Counted from the stretch's first letter, positions 47,580 to 62,482 are shown. The stretch is 64,000 bases of DNA from Takakia lepidozioides (GCA_030704615.1 CM060733.1:35030001-35094000); one strand, 5' to 3'. Notes: a model not told the origin generated them from the letters alone. Numbers and translations are program-made.

Positions 47580-50500
47580 ATGGAGGCGTCGACGTCGTCG
47601 GCAGCTATAGCCAGGCAGACATGGGAGATAGAAAACAATATTAGTATGGAGACACCGACGGCGGATTCAGACGCTATCTTCGAGTATGATGATGCAGCGC
47701 AAAACAGTGTTCAGCAGCAGAAACCGTGGGCACGAGACCCCCACTATTTCAAGAATGTGAAGATTTCGGCTCTGGCTTTGCTGAAGGTATGCTCAATTTT
47801 CCAGGTGTAAGGAAGCTTAGGCAAATCCTCACAATTTTCGTTGTGGTCGATTCGGCTTTGTATTGGCTACGTTGACAACAGATCTGTTTGTATTCTTTAG
47901 AGGACGTTTCTCACTGTCCCTGTTCGTCCTAATTTAATCCCCTGTTATTTGAATTGGCATCCCGCTACCTATAACAGTTTTTTTGGGATTTGGGAAGATG
48001 GTGGTTCATGCACGATCAGGTGGCACAATCGAAGTCATGGGCCTAATGCAGGGCAAGACAGAGGGAGACACAATTATCATCATGGATGCCTTTGCTCTCC
48101 CAGTGGAGGGGACTGAGACTCGTGTCAACGCTCAAGCTGATGCATACGAGTACATGGTTCAGTATTCTCAGACTAATAAGCAGGTCAGGTTCCTGTTGGC
48201 CTCATGACAGTTAGGTTTTATGCCATGGTTAGGACATGCATGGGCTTTGAATCTGAACCTTTCTGCTGATGTCCAAACCATTTGCTGCCATGTATACGGC
48301 ACATGCGTGACTTATTTCAGGGTCGTGTTTGTGTTTGCTCTGAGCGGGTGAGAATAAATCGCAGTTAATGTATTCTTCTAAAGAGCAAAGGTCAGGTCTT
48401 TAACTAGGGTTTTACCCAGTTAGGGTTGAGATTCTTGCTGGAAGTGGCTGGATTCCCCAGGGTCCTTAGTCAAAATACTTTGGTGGGCTGCGTTTGTCCT
48501 GGAAACATCCTAGCAAGGCAGATTAGCTTGTGGCCTTGTTATGGTTGTGCATAGAGTGGGGAACTTTCTGCAGGATACACATTCCCACCAAATAACAAGA
48601 TTGGTTCGTCTGATAGCAGGTGGGGAGGCTAGAGAATGTGGTGGGATGGTACCACTCACACCCTGGCTACGGCTGCTGGCTCTCAGGCATTGATGTGTCA
48701 ACACAAGTGCTGAACCAGACATACCAGGAACCCTTTTTGGCGGTGGTTGTTGATCCAACACGCACTGTGTCAGCTGGGAAAGTGGAAATTGGTGCATTCC
48801 GGACCTACCCACAGGGCTACAAGCCACCTGACGAGCCTCCCTCCGAGTACCAAACCATTCCTCTTAATAAGATCGAAGATTTTGGTGTCCATTACAAACA
48901 GGTCAGATCCTTTCACGGTATGGGTGTATGCTCTCGAGAGAGGGTATCTTTCTTGCTGTGGGCAATGAATTCACAGGAGTGGCCTTGCTGTTCATCAGAT
49001 CTAGAGGGGTGAAGAGCAAGAATGAGTTCCTATTTAACGGAGTCTCTGTATGAGAGCTGGCAATCAGCATGCAGCCCTACATATATTGCCTTGTCTCTAA
49101 GATGGAACCTAAAACAAGGAAAGGTGCACTTAAAGCTAGGGATGGGCGCCTAACCTTTGAGTCACTGGACATTGTCAGACAGAGTGTAATTTTTATTGCC
49201 ACCCGGCATACAGCATTTTCATGTTATTTGAGGTTCTGAGATTCTGTGGGTTGCAGTATTACTCCTTGGATATTACCTATTTCAAGTCATCATTAGATTC
49301 ACATCTGCTGGACCTCCTATGGAACAAGTATTGGGTCAACACCCTCTCATCATCACCCCTGCTGGGTAACCGCGACTATGTTGCTGGTCAAGTAGCCGAC
49401 CTTGGTATGCAACTCAGCTACAACTCCTTGTACTTTCTCTTTTCCCCAGGGATGATAGCTCCTCAAAGAATGCTTGACCTTAAGGGTGACAAGTTAACAC
49501 TGCTTGAATGGGCATCTCCTTGATATGAGCTAATTTAATCCTCCTGATCTTGTCTGATGCCATACCTTTAAGTTGATCATCGTTCCTATGTTGAGCTGTT
49601 TGATATGTATTATAAAGCAGAAGCACACGATGGCGCATGGTTTTCTGCATCATCATGAAAAACGGAGTGAAGTACTTACGGATCTGATTCTAAGTTGGAT
49701 ATCACTTTTCTTGGTGGCAGCTGAGAAGCTTGAGCAAGCAGAGAGCCAGCTAGCTCACTCAGGGCGCATGGGTGGTTTTTTCATGCCAGTACAGCGGAAA
49801 AAAGAGGTATTCATTGCTTCAAGATGCTGTTTCTTTCAGGATATGTCATGGTGTCAATGAGGTGTCTTGTAGGGCTTCTTTGGAGGAGGAAGGAACAGGT
49901 TAGGAGGGTGAGAGCCGTTTCTAGGACAGAAAGTCCACCCATTATATTCACAGTATTTGGAAAGTGCAGTGGCTGAAACACCTCACAAACAGGAGCTGCA
50001 GCAAAACACTGGTGGATGTGAAAGCTCTACTAGTTACCTTGGTTTCGTCATGTGGGTGTTGTACATCTTTTCCTGACAGACAAAGGTATCGCATGTTGGG
50101 TTTTGGCAGGAAGAATCGCAGATCACCAAGATCTCACGAGACAGCTCTAAGATTACGGTTGAGCAGTTGCATGGCCTCATGTCACAGGTACATCCTGCAA
50201 TTTCTTCTTTGAGCAGGCTCTCCAGCTCTCCAGCTTCCGCTATCCGCCTGCATTTGAGAAGATGAAGTATATATTTGATTTCTACTGGCTTAACCTCAAG
50301 CTTGAAGGTCACTTTATCCAAAGTAAACTTGCCAGTTATTCGTCAGCCTCTTCAACTGGTAGTGTTACCATACATCCTGGTAGTGCAACTTAGCTGCGTA
50401 GTGGAAGTCTCTGCAAGAGGGAACTACACTGCTTCCATGAAGGAATCAACGACCGGGGGAGCATTGTGGCCATTCGGGAGCTCTGTATCCTGATAGTGTG

Positions 50501-50732
50501 CATGATTCTCTCTGTAACCTGGGTGTGTGGGCATGGATGCCTGATTTAGCCGTTTTTAAAACATGATGCTAGGTGTAATATCCTGAAGGTCTATTTCAAA
50601 GTCATATACTGAATTTTACTTACTTTGCTGCAGGTCATTAAGGACACGTTGTTTAATCCAGTGATGCCATCACCAACACCTCCATCTATGTCCTTTGACT
50701 CATTTGGTCCTGAACCTATGGTGGAAACTTAG
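47580..50732 (+). CDS. CSN5: COP9 signalosome subunit 5 (JAMM deneddylase), 7 exons
   Basis: Exons 47580-47786, 47998-48183, 48620-48901, 49257-49404, 49721-49806, 50110-50187 and 50634-50732. Motifs [62 protein letters not shown] and GPEPMVET*. Confidence 0.97.
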
Positions 50733-51572
50733 TAGGTTGAGTGATACGGTTAGGTGGTAGTAGGAGCTAATCGACTACATTGATCTCTCTGGCATTTATG
50801 GTGGCTTCCCCTTCATGTGCACTTGACCACTGGAGTGAGACTGGAGGGTTCATGTCAGCGGAGGCTGGCTTGCTTGGCAGGAAACTACAATCTTTGACGG
50901 CAGAGGTTAAAACCATTGAGCAGTTTTACTCATTATTTTTACTCTGATCAGGAAATGTGCAGACCCCACGATCCAAAGCTTTGTAAAGCAAAAACTCCTG
51001 GCATTGTCTCTCTGGTACTTTTTGCTGTGCTGTCTTGTTGCATAAGCTGTCGTGCTTCCTGTAGGCATTTTGAAGTTCATTCCATTCATGATGCATTTGC
51101 CCTCAACTCCCTCTGTGCACTTGTTCTGCCTTTCTCCCTGCCAGTTTCCTACAACATTCCAGGATTCAAGAAAGGCAACCATTTCAAAAAAATTATGGGA
51201 ACAAATGGAACGTTTTTGGGAATCCAGAGGCTATAGATTCTTTATTCTGTAGGGCCACGTGTCAGCCCATATATCCTCCTCGTGGAAGGCTACGTGGCAG
51301 CGTCCTTGCCAACCTGTGAAGGGTCGCGAAGTGTCACCCACGGGAGGTTCTGATTAGCTGACAGCTGCCAGTCAGGGATCCTGATGAACCCGAATGGATG
51401 GAAATGTTCTATCCAAAGTGACCCGGTAAGCCGGTTGCCTTCGCCTCCCTAGCTTTTCAAACGCACAAGCTGCGCAGGAGGACGTTGGAAATCCGCTTTG
51501 CTGCGATCTGTGGCTTCTTCTCAGAATCCTGTGGATGAGGAGGGGGAATTTTCGCTGTAGAGAAGTAGGACC

Positions 51573-54500
51573 ATGCTTCAGCTGTTTGGTGGTGTTTTGT
51601 TCCTGCTGTGTTTTGCATCTCTAGCTTGCCACGCTGTGGATGTTTCCAATTCTGTAAACTACGCGGATGCTGCCCTTGACTTGAAGTCCCAGGATGCACT
51701 TGAAGCGGTGGGTGTAACAGGGCTGTTTGAGCACATTGTATCAAGCTGGAATGACCAGGTTTTGGAGTTGGATGCGTTGACCCGGTGCATTAAGGAGAGC
51801 CGAGCTGAGCACGCTGTTGACAGATGGTTGGATTGTGTAGAATCCTTGGAAGCGAGAAATGCTCCTCTGCGTTCTGCCCAAAGCTCTTTCAGTCAGTCAG
51901 AATCTGAATCTGAGCTTATGCGGGAGCCAGATAGTACACATTCAATGCATGGTGATTTGCCAAATCATGGTGACGAGGAGGTTGTTCCTGTTGTTGAATC
52001 TTCGACCGAAGCTACTGAGTTGAGAGCCTCTACGCCGCTCGAAGTCCCTTCCTACGAACCTGCCGGAGAGGGTACTGAAAAGCCTGAGTTTGAAAACCCT
52101 AATCTAGTTTGGACGCCTCTGAGGCCAGAAACCTATGGCGAAGAGAATGATGAGAGTGCAAGAAAGTTGCTGGCCCATGAAAGCGAGTCTGAATTATATG
52201 CAGGGGGGACTGAAAGTGATTGTAGAGAAGTTGGGAGCAACATGCGTTCAAAGTCACCTTTGGAGGAGATTAACTCACAAGATCCAGCGGAGGAAAAAGT
52301 TCTACATTCGGGAATGTTCGAAATTGGCGACGGCGGCAGTGCTGATACAAATTCCGAGACTACCCTCTTATCCGACCCTGCGTCTCAGTTTGCTCAAGGC
52401 GGGTAATGAAGCTATTGCATGTCGCTACAGAAGAAAGGGATGTTAATGGTTATTTTTGTACAAGGTGTGCTCAAGTTGTATATACGCTACTTTGCTGCTT
52501 TAGTGTTGACTGTCTCTTACTGGTACGCGTCTATGAGACAGTAACCTACGAATGTGTATTAGAGAAGAGTTAACCTAGTTGAATTAGTTTGCTCGGATAG
52601 GAAGTCTTAGATGAAGTTTCTGCTAGTAGCTTGACGACAGAGCCCACCAAAGTGAGTGTTTATGGCATCCAATAGAGTTCGCCTCAAGCCATCGGACACT
52701 ACAGTCATCGGAATACTCCACTTCATAAATCCACTATCTGCTACGAGGTCAAAAAACAAGACCGTGGTTTGGTACATGCTTAACAGGTTTTGTTCTCATT
52801 AGTAGCTGGAATTTCTGGGTTTGCTGATTGCAGTATTTGCCCGGAGGAACCAAGGACTGCTGTGGATGGCCTTGCGGATATGAAAAATGAAAATGGTGTT
52901 ATCACCAGTGACCAGGGGGGCGATGGATTGGATGCTCTCAAAGTGGCTGCCTGTATAGGTGCTGTTGTCACACTGCTTTTGAGAAAGAGACCCAGAGCTA
53001 GGGATACACTTACTTCGGCCAATTCCTCACAATTGGACGAGAGAGGGTCAGCTATGACAGGGTATTTATCAGGGCATGAACATGGTGGGCAAGTGGAGGT
53101 ACTGGCTAGAAGTCTACCTGTCCCCCTTGGAATGGCAATTGCAACTGTTATTGCTGAGGTGGAGAGCATCCTTCCTATGGCCCATATTTGTATTTGAGGA
53201 AATGTATCTACATCTCTTATTTGTAAACAGCCCGTATCGGTAATTTATCTTGGAAAGGCCTGTATTTGCAAGCACTTGGTGACAAAGATGAAGTTAGTTA
53301 CACCTGTAATATGTTAAAAAAATTAAGCCAAAGGTACAAAAACTGAGAGAGTTAGTTTATTGCTTACAACAGGAGTGTAACAACCCAATGCATATGCAGG
53401 TGGCGGGCACAGCAGTTTCTAGCCTTTGTAAATTCCTCACCACAAACAGCACGTGAATAGCAGTGATATTAAAGAGTCCTAACTTTTTTCTGCGACGCAC
53501 TTCAATTGGAAGCTTCTAAGGTGGAGCAAGGTTGTTTTAAAGGGGATAACAATAAAGCAGCACTAGTGCTATGTACTTGCATTTGTTTTTGTACCGAGTC
53601 ACAATTCATGAAGGGGACTTTCACACCAACTTAGTCTAGCCAGCATCTATTCCCAGGGTTCTTGTAGTAGGAATTGAAAAATAGGCGATGGTGTTATGCT
53701 CCCTCATGAATTGCAGAAACTAAAGAATATACACAAAGCATTTTAATGTCTGCTATGTGTTGGGGTGCTGAAACATCCTTGTGTGAGTTTGTATTCTAGG
53801 TGGGTTATCTCGGACATTGTGTGAGCCTGCACGTATGTAAATTTATGTGGCAGGGCCGAGAGTGAAACAAGGCATTTCTTCTGCATATTGCTCTCATTAG
53901 CCGGTTATTTGTCTGAATCCGAAAAAAAGCTCTGCAGGTCCATATTTTTCGGTTTATACTATCTTAAATCTAATTGGTCTGCTACTCTGTAGGTGTTGGA
54001 GCAGCAGCACAGCTCTCTGGAAGGGTCTCGGTCAGCAGATGAGCTTACCAAGGTATATCCAAGGCCCATGGGATATAGGAGTGGATTTCTGCTGGTTCTT
54101 TGATATCCATTTGTTGGTTGGGTAAGATAATGCAGATAGCTCTTTTAATGTATGTGGATGTAATAAATTAGATAGTTTTCAGTTTTGCAGGGACTGGTTT
54201 AGCTAAGGGTGTATTCGGGAGGTAGCATGGGTTGAGGGGGTCGCAAAGCTTTGTTCTTGTGACACTTTATTGTAGCTACTGATATGCAAGTGCAGACAAG
54301 CTGATGTAGACAGCCTTCAAACAAGGAATGATTTTGAATCTACCACCATGATCATGGGATCCTAAGTGTGTGAGCATATTCGATAAAAATTCAGTACGTG
54401 TGTTCATTGTTGTGTCCTGCAGCTCTTGGAGGCAGCGATGAAGGAGGAACTGTTGCCGGTGAGAGTCCGAGGCTTGCTATTTATCATAACTTCTTCCATA

Positions 54501-56932
54501 TTGTATATTCTGTTTCAAAGTACAGTATTTCAACAGGGTGAAATGACAAGGAAGTCTAATCTTTGGGTTCCTTTCTACTACATGCAGATAATGGGAAGTG
54601 AGTTTACTGGATTTGTGGATCAGTTCAAGCAGACATTTAGGAGAACTTATCGACTAATAAGCAGTGTCCGAAGTGCTTCTAAGAAACTGCCATGTGGTCC
54701 TATGGTTAATCCAAATGGCAGCTCTCACAAAAGGTCGGCAGATGGATCACCTGGCCGGCTTGCTGCAGTTGAAGGAGACACTGGGGTCTCAAGAACTAAA
54801 TACACCCGTGTAACAAGAGTTAGAAGCAGCTCAGATGTGGGTTTCAGGCGAGGCTTTCAAGAGAATCTGGAGGCCCTGGATTTGGAGTGGGACTTAGCAG
54901 AGCGGTTTCGCAGGATGACCTTTTCTTCCCAAAATGGGGAACAGGAGGCTGAGAGCAAAAATCCAGAAAGCTCTAGTGGCTGCCGTAGCCAGTCAAAGGT
55001 GCTACGCCATCAGCTAGACTTACAGCAGGAGGAGACTCCAAGATGTGCCGAGATCTCCAGTGAGAGACAATGGGGGGTGGGGGTGCCAGACAGGAAATTG
55101 CCTCACTATGGTGGGCTGCAAAGTACTCATATTGGCCCTGATAGTGAGGGAGAATTTAGCTTTGTAGGTGTGAAAGATTTGGATGGAGCTGATGGGCTGA
55201 CGAGCAAAAGTTTCAGGCAAGTTGTCTCAGCAGGAAAAGTCGGAACACAGGGAGAGGAAGAGGTCTACAACCATGAGAGACAAGAAACTGATGTTGACAG
55301 TAGATGGGTAACCAAAGCAATAGAGCCAATGGCAAATGGTCTTATGGAGGGTGGGGTCCTTGCATTGGAAAATTCTGCATGCTCTAGTGGTTCTCTTCCA
55401 AGTACCCCCTCACATTCTGCAAATCGGCAACTGCAAGGGATGAGGTTTGACTTCAATGAAAGGGATCCAGCTATTGGAGGAAGGGATGCTGCCTATGGTG
55501 AGATACCAGGTGGTCGGCCAGTGGGAGGCACTCAGCAAGATGCTATGATTCTGTCAGCCTTCCCATTACAAGGTACTGCAGCCGGGAATTTGCAACAAGA
55601 CTTTCTGCATGTGCTGAAGAAATCTGTAGAGGTGCAGGAGCACCAGAATTATCTTAAGTCAGTGGAGCTAGTCCACCGCATGAAGCACCTGAGTTTGGAC
55701 GAAGAGCATCTACAACTCTCATCAGAATCAAACCAGTTGATGAGAGAGAATGTGGATCTGAGTCGGGTGAAGGCCAAATTCCGGGAAAATGAGGTTCAGG
55801 ACCGCAAGATGGCTATGGCATATTCAGAGTTGAGTCGGACATGTGCGGATGAGTTGGTGGCAGGGTTAAGTGTGATGCTGTGTGCTCTCTTCTATGGTTG
55901 TTGGAAGTACTCACATGCACGGCTGTACGATGTGGTGTTGACGTGCCAACCTGCTGTTTATGTAAGTGTTTGTTCTCTTTCACTCTGATTGTCTCCAGCC
56001 ATCATTACAGGATTACAGAGAGGATATTTTACCTCCAGGGATTGCTTCATTGTGCGAATGGCATTCTTGGGAATTTTCAGCTTATATCCAAGTCATTTGT
56101 TGTCAGTAGTTCATGGTAGGCCATGAGGTGATGACTACTGTTTCTACATTGTATGACTTCTTAGACCTAGAAAACTGTTCTAGCGTTACTCCCTACTTGA
56201 GTACACCTCGTATACGCACTCTTATTTTCCAGTTTCGGTCGCATTTTAAGTCTTAAGATGAATGATCTAATAACTGATGGAACTACAATTTTTTTTATTG
56301 AGAAGATTCTGAAACCAGAGTGGTGTCTTGACCAGGAACTCAGCAATTCTATGATACCAGGTATCAACCGGGTAGTCAATTCATTGAACATTCTCATGGG
56401 CCAGTTTCAGATGTTCATATGTCAGGTTACTGTTGCGAGCCGCATGTTCGTTGGTCTGGGTATCATCTCAATAGTTGCTGCTTCTCTTCTACGGAAAAGT
56501 GTGACAAGCTCTAGCCAGGCAATGCCAGCAACAATCCTCATAATTGTGTTGGGAGGAGTATGTGGCTTGGCTGGTAAATTTGCAGTTGACAGTATGGGGG
56601 GATCTGGTTATCATTGGGTTCTTATGTGGGAAGCTCTGTGTTTGGTACATGCTTGTGCCACTTGCTTCACACCCTTCTTGTTTTGGTTGCTAAATGGGAC
56701 CCTTGACAGGCCCTTTGAAAAGCGACGGCATCAGATAGTTAGCCCATTGCTGCGTCAGTTTGTTTTTCATGTATCTCTAGTGTTGATTATCCCAGCTATG
56801 GCAGGGCTCCTTCCTTTTGCTCCTTTCAGGGAAGTATTGCTGAATATTTCCTCAACAATTTTTAACATCGTTTTGTCACCCTTAGACTCGGATGTTCGGG
56901 AGAGGGCAAGGAATTCATTGGTTCTAAATTGA
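51573..56932 (+). CDS. CPR5: CPR5-like nuclear-envelope membrane protein
   Basis: In-phase exons 51573-52402, 52834-53158, 53993-54052, 54423-54458, 54588-55961 and ~56306-56932. CPR5-like blocks PLGMAIATVIAEVL, FVDQFKQTFRRT and KSVEVQEHQNYLKSVEL...ESNQLMR...KAKFR, plus a C-terminal multi-TM region ending MAGLLPFA. Membership of the first exon is less certain. Confidence 0.8.
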
Positions 56933-58070
56933 AGTTGCAACTTCAGTTGTGTTTCTGGAAAAATAGACAAGACTTGTCAGTTGTAGTTTGCTTCAAAGGA
57001 CTGAAGTGTTCTCATCAGTTGTAGAAGTCAGCTTCAGCACCATTACAGGCAAAACAAGTAGAGCAGCGCAGGCTGGGCAATTATCCAAAAACGCATTTTG
57101 TTGGCAAGCTGTTTTCCTGCTTGCAAGCATTTTACCCATGCTTGGGGATTAAAGTAAAGTGATCACTACAGGTATCTTTGTACCTTTGTAGACTTGTATT
57201 GTGCCAACCAGGACTTGGGTTGCGAATGGCTCACAATAATGTTGATCGATGTGTGCAATGAGATGATTTTTGATCAGAGACTGGTCTGTTGGAAAAAAGG
57301 AAAGGATGGAGATGGCTCAACACCGTATATGAACAGGCAATACGAGTCCTGTGAGGAGTGACAGGAGTCACTCAGTGTTCTATTGATATTGCAGAGACCT
57401 ACATGCACACTATACATATTCCTGTAGTAATGAGTCAGAGAAGAGCATGCACGCAATGGAAATGAGTTCAACAATCAGCAAATGAGCAGGGTGCACTTCC
57501 ATCGGTGGTGCTAGAACATCAAGCAGCAGCAGTTGTAGAAAGGATCTCACTATATTGTAGTGTATGCTGCCAACCACCAAATCTGTCAAACCTACCCCTA
57601 CCAGCCTATCATACCAGAATCCAGGAAGATGCTCTTGGAAGTGATGAAGAATGCTGGCTATGGCTACAGAGAGAGGGAAGAGATGACTCGGGAAGTTCTT
57701 TCTCAACCTCAACGTTTTTAGCCTTGTGATGGATATCACAAGGTTGATATCCTTGACACTTGGAAACAACATATGGGAGCTGTTGTAGCTTCATAAAATG
57801 TGTTTCTATACTCTAAAATATATCAAGGACAGGATATATGTGCATCATGGTTTATGGCATCAAATAACAAGTAGGAAAGACTTGATGAGTTGCCAAATAT
57901 GAAGTAAACACACTTAGATCTCTGGAGTAGAGTAGATGCCCCAGCCATGGAGCCATCACCCAAGCACCAGAAGTGAGGGCATAGGCAATGTGCTAACCAA
58001 ATATTATCGTTAATAGATTCACAGGCTAAAGCGCCAACCTCTCTATACTACGCCCCTTGACCTTCGGGCT

Positions 58071-59594
58071 ATGGCGGCACACTCTCACCCCTGGGCTTGT
58101 GGGGTGAGACCATCTTCTCTCTTTCCACCCATTCCTGATGCTCTGTCTTTCTCGGCCTTCCTACCGCCCTCCTCCTGCTGCCCACATAGTTGTATCGATC
58201 AATGGTGGCCCCGACTGGTTGTGGGTTCTTCAGTGCGCAGATTGGCGACCTTGGAGCATGGCACGCCCGCCGGTGTGGATATGAGTGCTCCGTTAAGCTC
58301 AGTGAAGGACTACAACTATGCGCTTCTGAAATGTGCAAGGTCTGCGTTTGTAGGGATCTGTGGACACTTACTTAGACATGGAGGGAGGGTCATGAAGTCT
58401 CTGGGAATTCGGAATGGGGTATTTGTGATCCTGGGGCAATGTTCTAATGGTCCAGCCGAAAATGTGAAGTGTGATTTCTTGTGTTTCTTTTCCCTTGTCG
58501 ACAAAGTGTGGATGTCGATGAAGAGTGGATTGACAGGAAGACGAGTACAAATCGTGCTTCTTAACAAACTCAACCTGCACCAACATAACAGTGCTATAAG
58601 ACCACGGAGGATTACTTAGATCCCTCCTATTCCACAGAGAGATATGTAGGAAACTAGGCAGAGGAAGAGTCGCAACGCACAAATTAGCGACCATTGAACG
58701 ACAGTGTGGGAGATGCGCTGTGGATTTTATGTGGAGGATCTCGAGTATCATCTCCCTTTAAACCCTAAACCCTCATGGGGTTCTCCAGTTGCTTACACAC
58801 TCATATTGCTTTGCATTGCTAGGTGCTTCAGGGGCACTCGCTCTCCGGGAGCCACAGAACTTAAGGGGAATTAAGAACTATACATAAATAGGAATTTGCG
58901 TGGCTCCCTGCTAGCGTTGGGCGACATAGCTTGGGGGCATAGTCCCAGCGGCATGCTAACTTTGAAATTAACATTGCCCTCAACAGACAGCAGTAGGAAA
59001 TTGGAGTTCTGGTGATTGCACTGCCAGAAAAACTGCGTGGTGAAAAGGGCGCTTTAGAAGACCTGTATTATGACCACAAGAGGCCCAGATGGCCTATGAA
59101 CCAAAGAAAACCTATCAATCATAGAGATAGAGAGAATGTACTCATAAGATGTTGTTTGCCGTAGCCTTGTGGCCATTGACCCCGCGCCCAGTTGGAGCAG
59201 AACACAAAGGGACAGAAACTACCTTTGTCAGGGGCTGACGCTGGTGGTATGACTTACCGGGAAACAGACAATTGATCCGAGTTTTCCAGATGTCCTCTAG
59301 AAATCCCTTCACACAAGCATCAATCTGCTGTGTGTGATTTGCCGAATAACTAGACCCCAAAAGGGCCTGGGCTATTGGCTCAGCCTCGACATTTTCAAAG
59401 TCGGTAACAGAGGTACAGGAACAATTCCCTTGATGGATTTGAAGAGGGTGTCTCTCTGGTGGAGTACCCAGGACAATGGATGGGAAAGTGTGCCCACGCA
59501 ACGGGCATTTGCAGTCCCCCTTTCCTCTCTGCGTCTGTTTGCTGTTCAAAGGTAGGCTTACCGCCCTGAGTTTAAATGTCAGTCTAGTGCCGAG

Positions 59595-59633
<39 letters not shown>

Positions 59634-62482
59634 CTTTCTCTATTACATAATCCAAACATATGTCTGCTTTGCCAGGGATGGTCGTATGGTGGATGCCATG
59701 CATCTGTTCAAAAACTTGCAAGGTTCTGGGATGAAACCGGATGTTGTGTCCTATACTGCACTCATTCGTGGCTTTGGCAAGCTGAAGCGCGTCAATGAAG
59801 TCACCAACATTTTCAAGCAAATGCAACGCAGCAGGTACTTGATACGTAGCATGTAAGTTCATGTGCTGATGGCTTTTTAGCAAGCATATATTTGTTAGTG
59901 CCTTGTTGTTTCAATTATTTGCACGTTGGAATGGTACGTTGGAATGTGTATGGTTGTGAAATGTGGAGATCACGTTTTCCAAATCTCTGAAATTCATCAG
60001 CCTTGTAATTCCCCAGCAGCAAGTGCTGAACTTGAACTACAAGTTTGTTGAGGGCCCAAATTAAGGAGGTAGTTGAACTCCTCTATGTGCTAAGTTACTG
60101 GCGTGGGGCACAGATGTCGGCCAGATCTGAGATTCTGCACAGAGCTAATATGCACGTATGGGAATGGAGGTTTGCCATCTATGGCAGAGGATGTGATGGA
60201 GTATGCACATGTATTAGGGTTGCAGCCGGACATGATGACCTACACAGCTCTCACCCATGCATATGCACAGCAATGTCTGTGGGATAAGGCAGAGAATGTC
60301 TTAAGGTAACTTAAGGGTGAAGCTGTAACTTTCTTCTGTATTTTTTTTTGTCAGCAGTAGCTGTAGACAGAGCAAGGTCACTGTGTGTATGCATCTTGTT
60401 GAACCAGTTGCTTTCTTTCTTTTGTGGTGCAAAGGTCAACAGTCTGTAAGGACCTCTTTTTTTATTGTGTGTTTGACTGCAGACAAATGCTAGAGGCTGG
60501 GGTAGTTGATGAAGGACCCTATGCTGTCCTTGTAGGAGCTTACAGTAAGGCAGGCTTGCATGACCGTGTCAACTGTGTTCTCAAAAAGATGCAGTCTGAT
60601 AGAGTGCATCCAGGCACCGTGTTCTTCAATGCTCTCATCACTGCCCATAGTAAGGCTGGGGCTCCAGACAGTGCACGAGCAGTATTACAGCATATGCAGG
60701 ATACTGGTGAGTTCATTGGTTTTCTCTTTTGTATGACCTCTTTTGAGGAATGGCTTGCTAGAGTTTTCAAAGTGGTACTCGACATATCAGTAAAGCTTTG
60801 TTTTTTTAACTTGTATTTTGTATGGACAAAACTTGGCTTCTTTTTGTAGCATTCAAGATTCTAAAAACTCGTTTTTCAGGATGTAAGTGCGATGCTGTAA
60901 CATATACAGCGGTAATGGAAGCATATTCGCAGAAAAGGCAGCCTTCAATTGCGGAGAAAGTGATGGAGGAGATGAAGAGAGATGGCATCCGCCCTGGTAT
61001 TGTTACCTTTGCAGTCCTTATCAATGGCTATTGTCAAGCAGGCCTTTTAGGGGATGCGGAGAGGGTTTTGCGGTAAGATCTATCCTGGTTTCTACATGTG
61101 TTTGGACAGGTCACTGTCTATGCTGTGGTTGTGTCTCCAGTACAGATTATGTCCGTTGGTTCCAGAAGAGATTGATGTAGGGTGAGGCGATGATAATAAT
61201 TGCTTGAAATGTATTTTGGGAGACCTAAATATTCGTATTCTTCTCAAAAGTGGATTTTTTGAGCCCAACCCAAATCTACTCTTGAGTTTCTTGAGAGCCT
61301 TTGATGAACTCAATTCCACTGCAGGACTACCTAGAGGGCTTTCCTGTGCTGGGCCAGGCTGGAGTCAGATTTTTCCTGACATGCAAGGGGCTGACCAGAA
61401 GAGCATTAGAAAGAGACTGTGTCTTCTGAACCATGTTTAGAGTCGGGCAGACCTTGGACCTTTGGTGCAGTGTCTCTCGTAGTAGTGCAGGAGAGAGGGA
61501 TTGCAACAGCCAGCATTGCAATAGGCAAGGTTTCTTTACTGAAAAAATACTTGCATCATATTTGATGCTGTAGTCTATTATATTCTTGAGCGTTTCAAAC
61601 TAGTCAGATATGTACCCCATGGAAAGAGATGGAAGAATCTACCCAATGAGAAGTGTGACTTTCTCGGTTACAAAAGAAGGCTCTTTACCTCAACTTTTTG
61701 TCTTTCCCCTCCCTTGGGGACGAATATTCTATTGGATCTATTCCAACAGTCATGTTCTGCAGGGTCATGCAAAATGCGAAATGCAAGCCAACTGTGGAAA
61801 TCTACAACTCCTTGATCCACGGTTATTGTGCTGCCAAGATGGTGGTTGAAGCGGAGAGGTTGTTCCAAGGATTGCAAGGATCAGGCTGTCGACCTGACAC
61901 AGTCACATACAATATTCTCATTTCTATGTACATCAATGCCCGACAGCGGAAGCAGGTAGGATATGCTTCCAGCACTACTCCGTTAATAACAAACGTGGGT
62001 GGTGTATTTTATTGTTGGGATGTAGAGCCCAGGTTCTGTTTTCCTCAGGTAACCATCTGTGTTGGTTAGATGAAAAGCCAAGTTGGATAAATTGTTTCAG
62101 TTTCTGCTGCACCTGAGAATATCTGTTCTACTTCAATAATATGAGAGAACAGCCATGTTGTCTTGAGACTGACTTCAGTGATTATCAACAGCAGCATGTG
62201 CTGATTCAGATGAAAGTCAGTTTGATATTCAGAAGTGCTACAAATGAGACTAGCAGTTCACTGGATATTTATTTCTTCACCATTAGTCTACTCCTAGTCC
62301 GTACTGAAAACTCATTTGCTTTGTTGCAGGCTGAGGAACTTTATAACAGCATGGAACAGGCTGGGTGTAAACCAGACCTAATCACATTCAGAACCCTACA
62401 TAAGGCATTCTCCTCTTCAAAGAATTTACTTGATGCCAAGAAGATTCTTCTGGACATGCGGAAGGCAGGAGTCAGCTTCTGA
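58071..62482 (+). CDS. P-class pentatricopeptide repeat protein, 7 exons, probably organelle-targeted
   Basis: In-phase exons 58071-58339, 59676-59834, 60114-60305, 60483-60706, 60880-61072, 61763-61955 and 62330-62482. About 10 35-aa P repeats (PDVVSYTALIRGF, PDTVTYNILISMY) and a Ser/Pro-rich N-terminus. Confidence 0.88.
59598..59632 (+). repeat. (GA)n microsatellite in PPR intron 1
   Basis: About 17 GA units. Confidence 0.9.
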
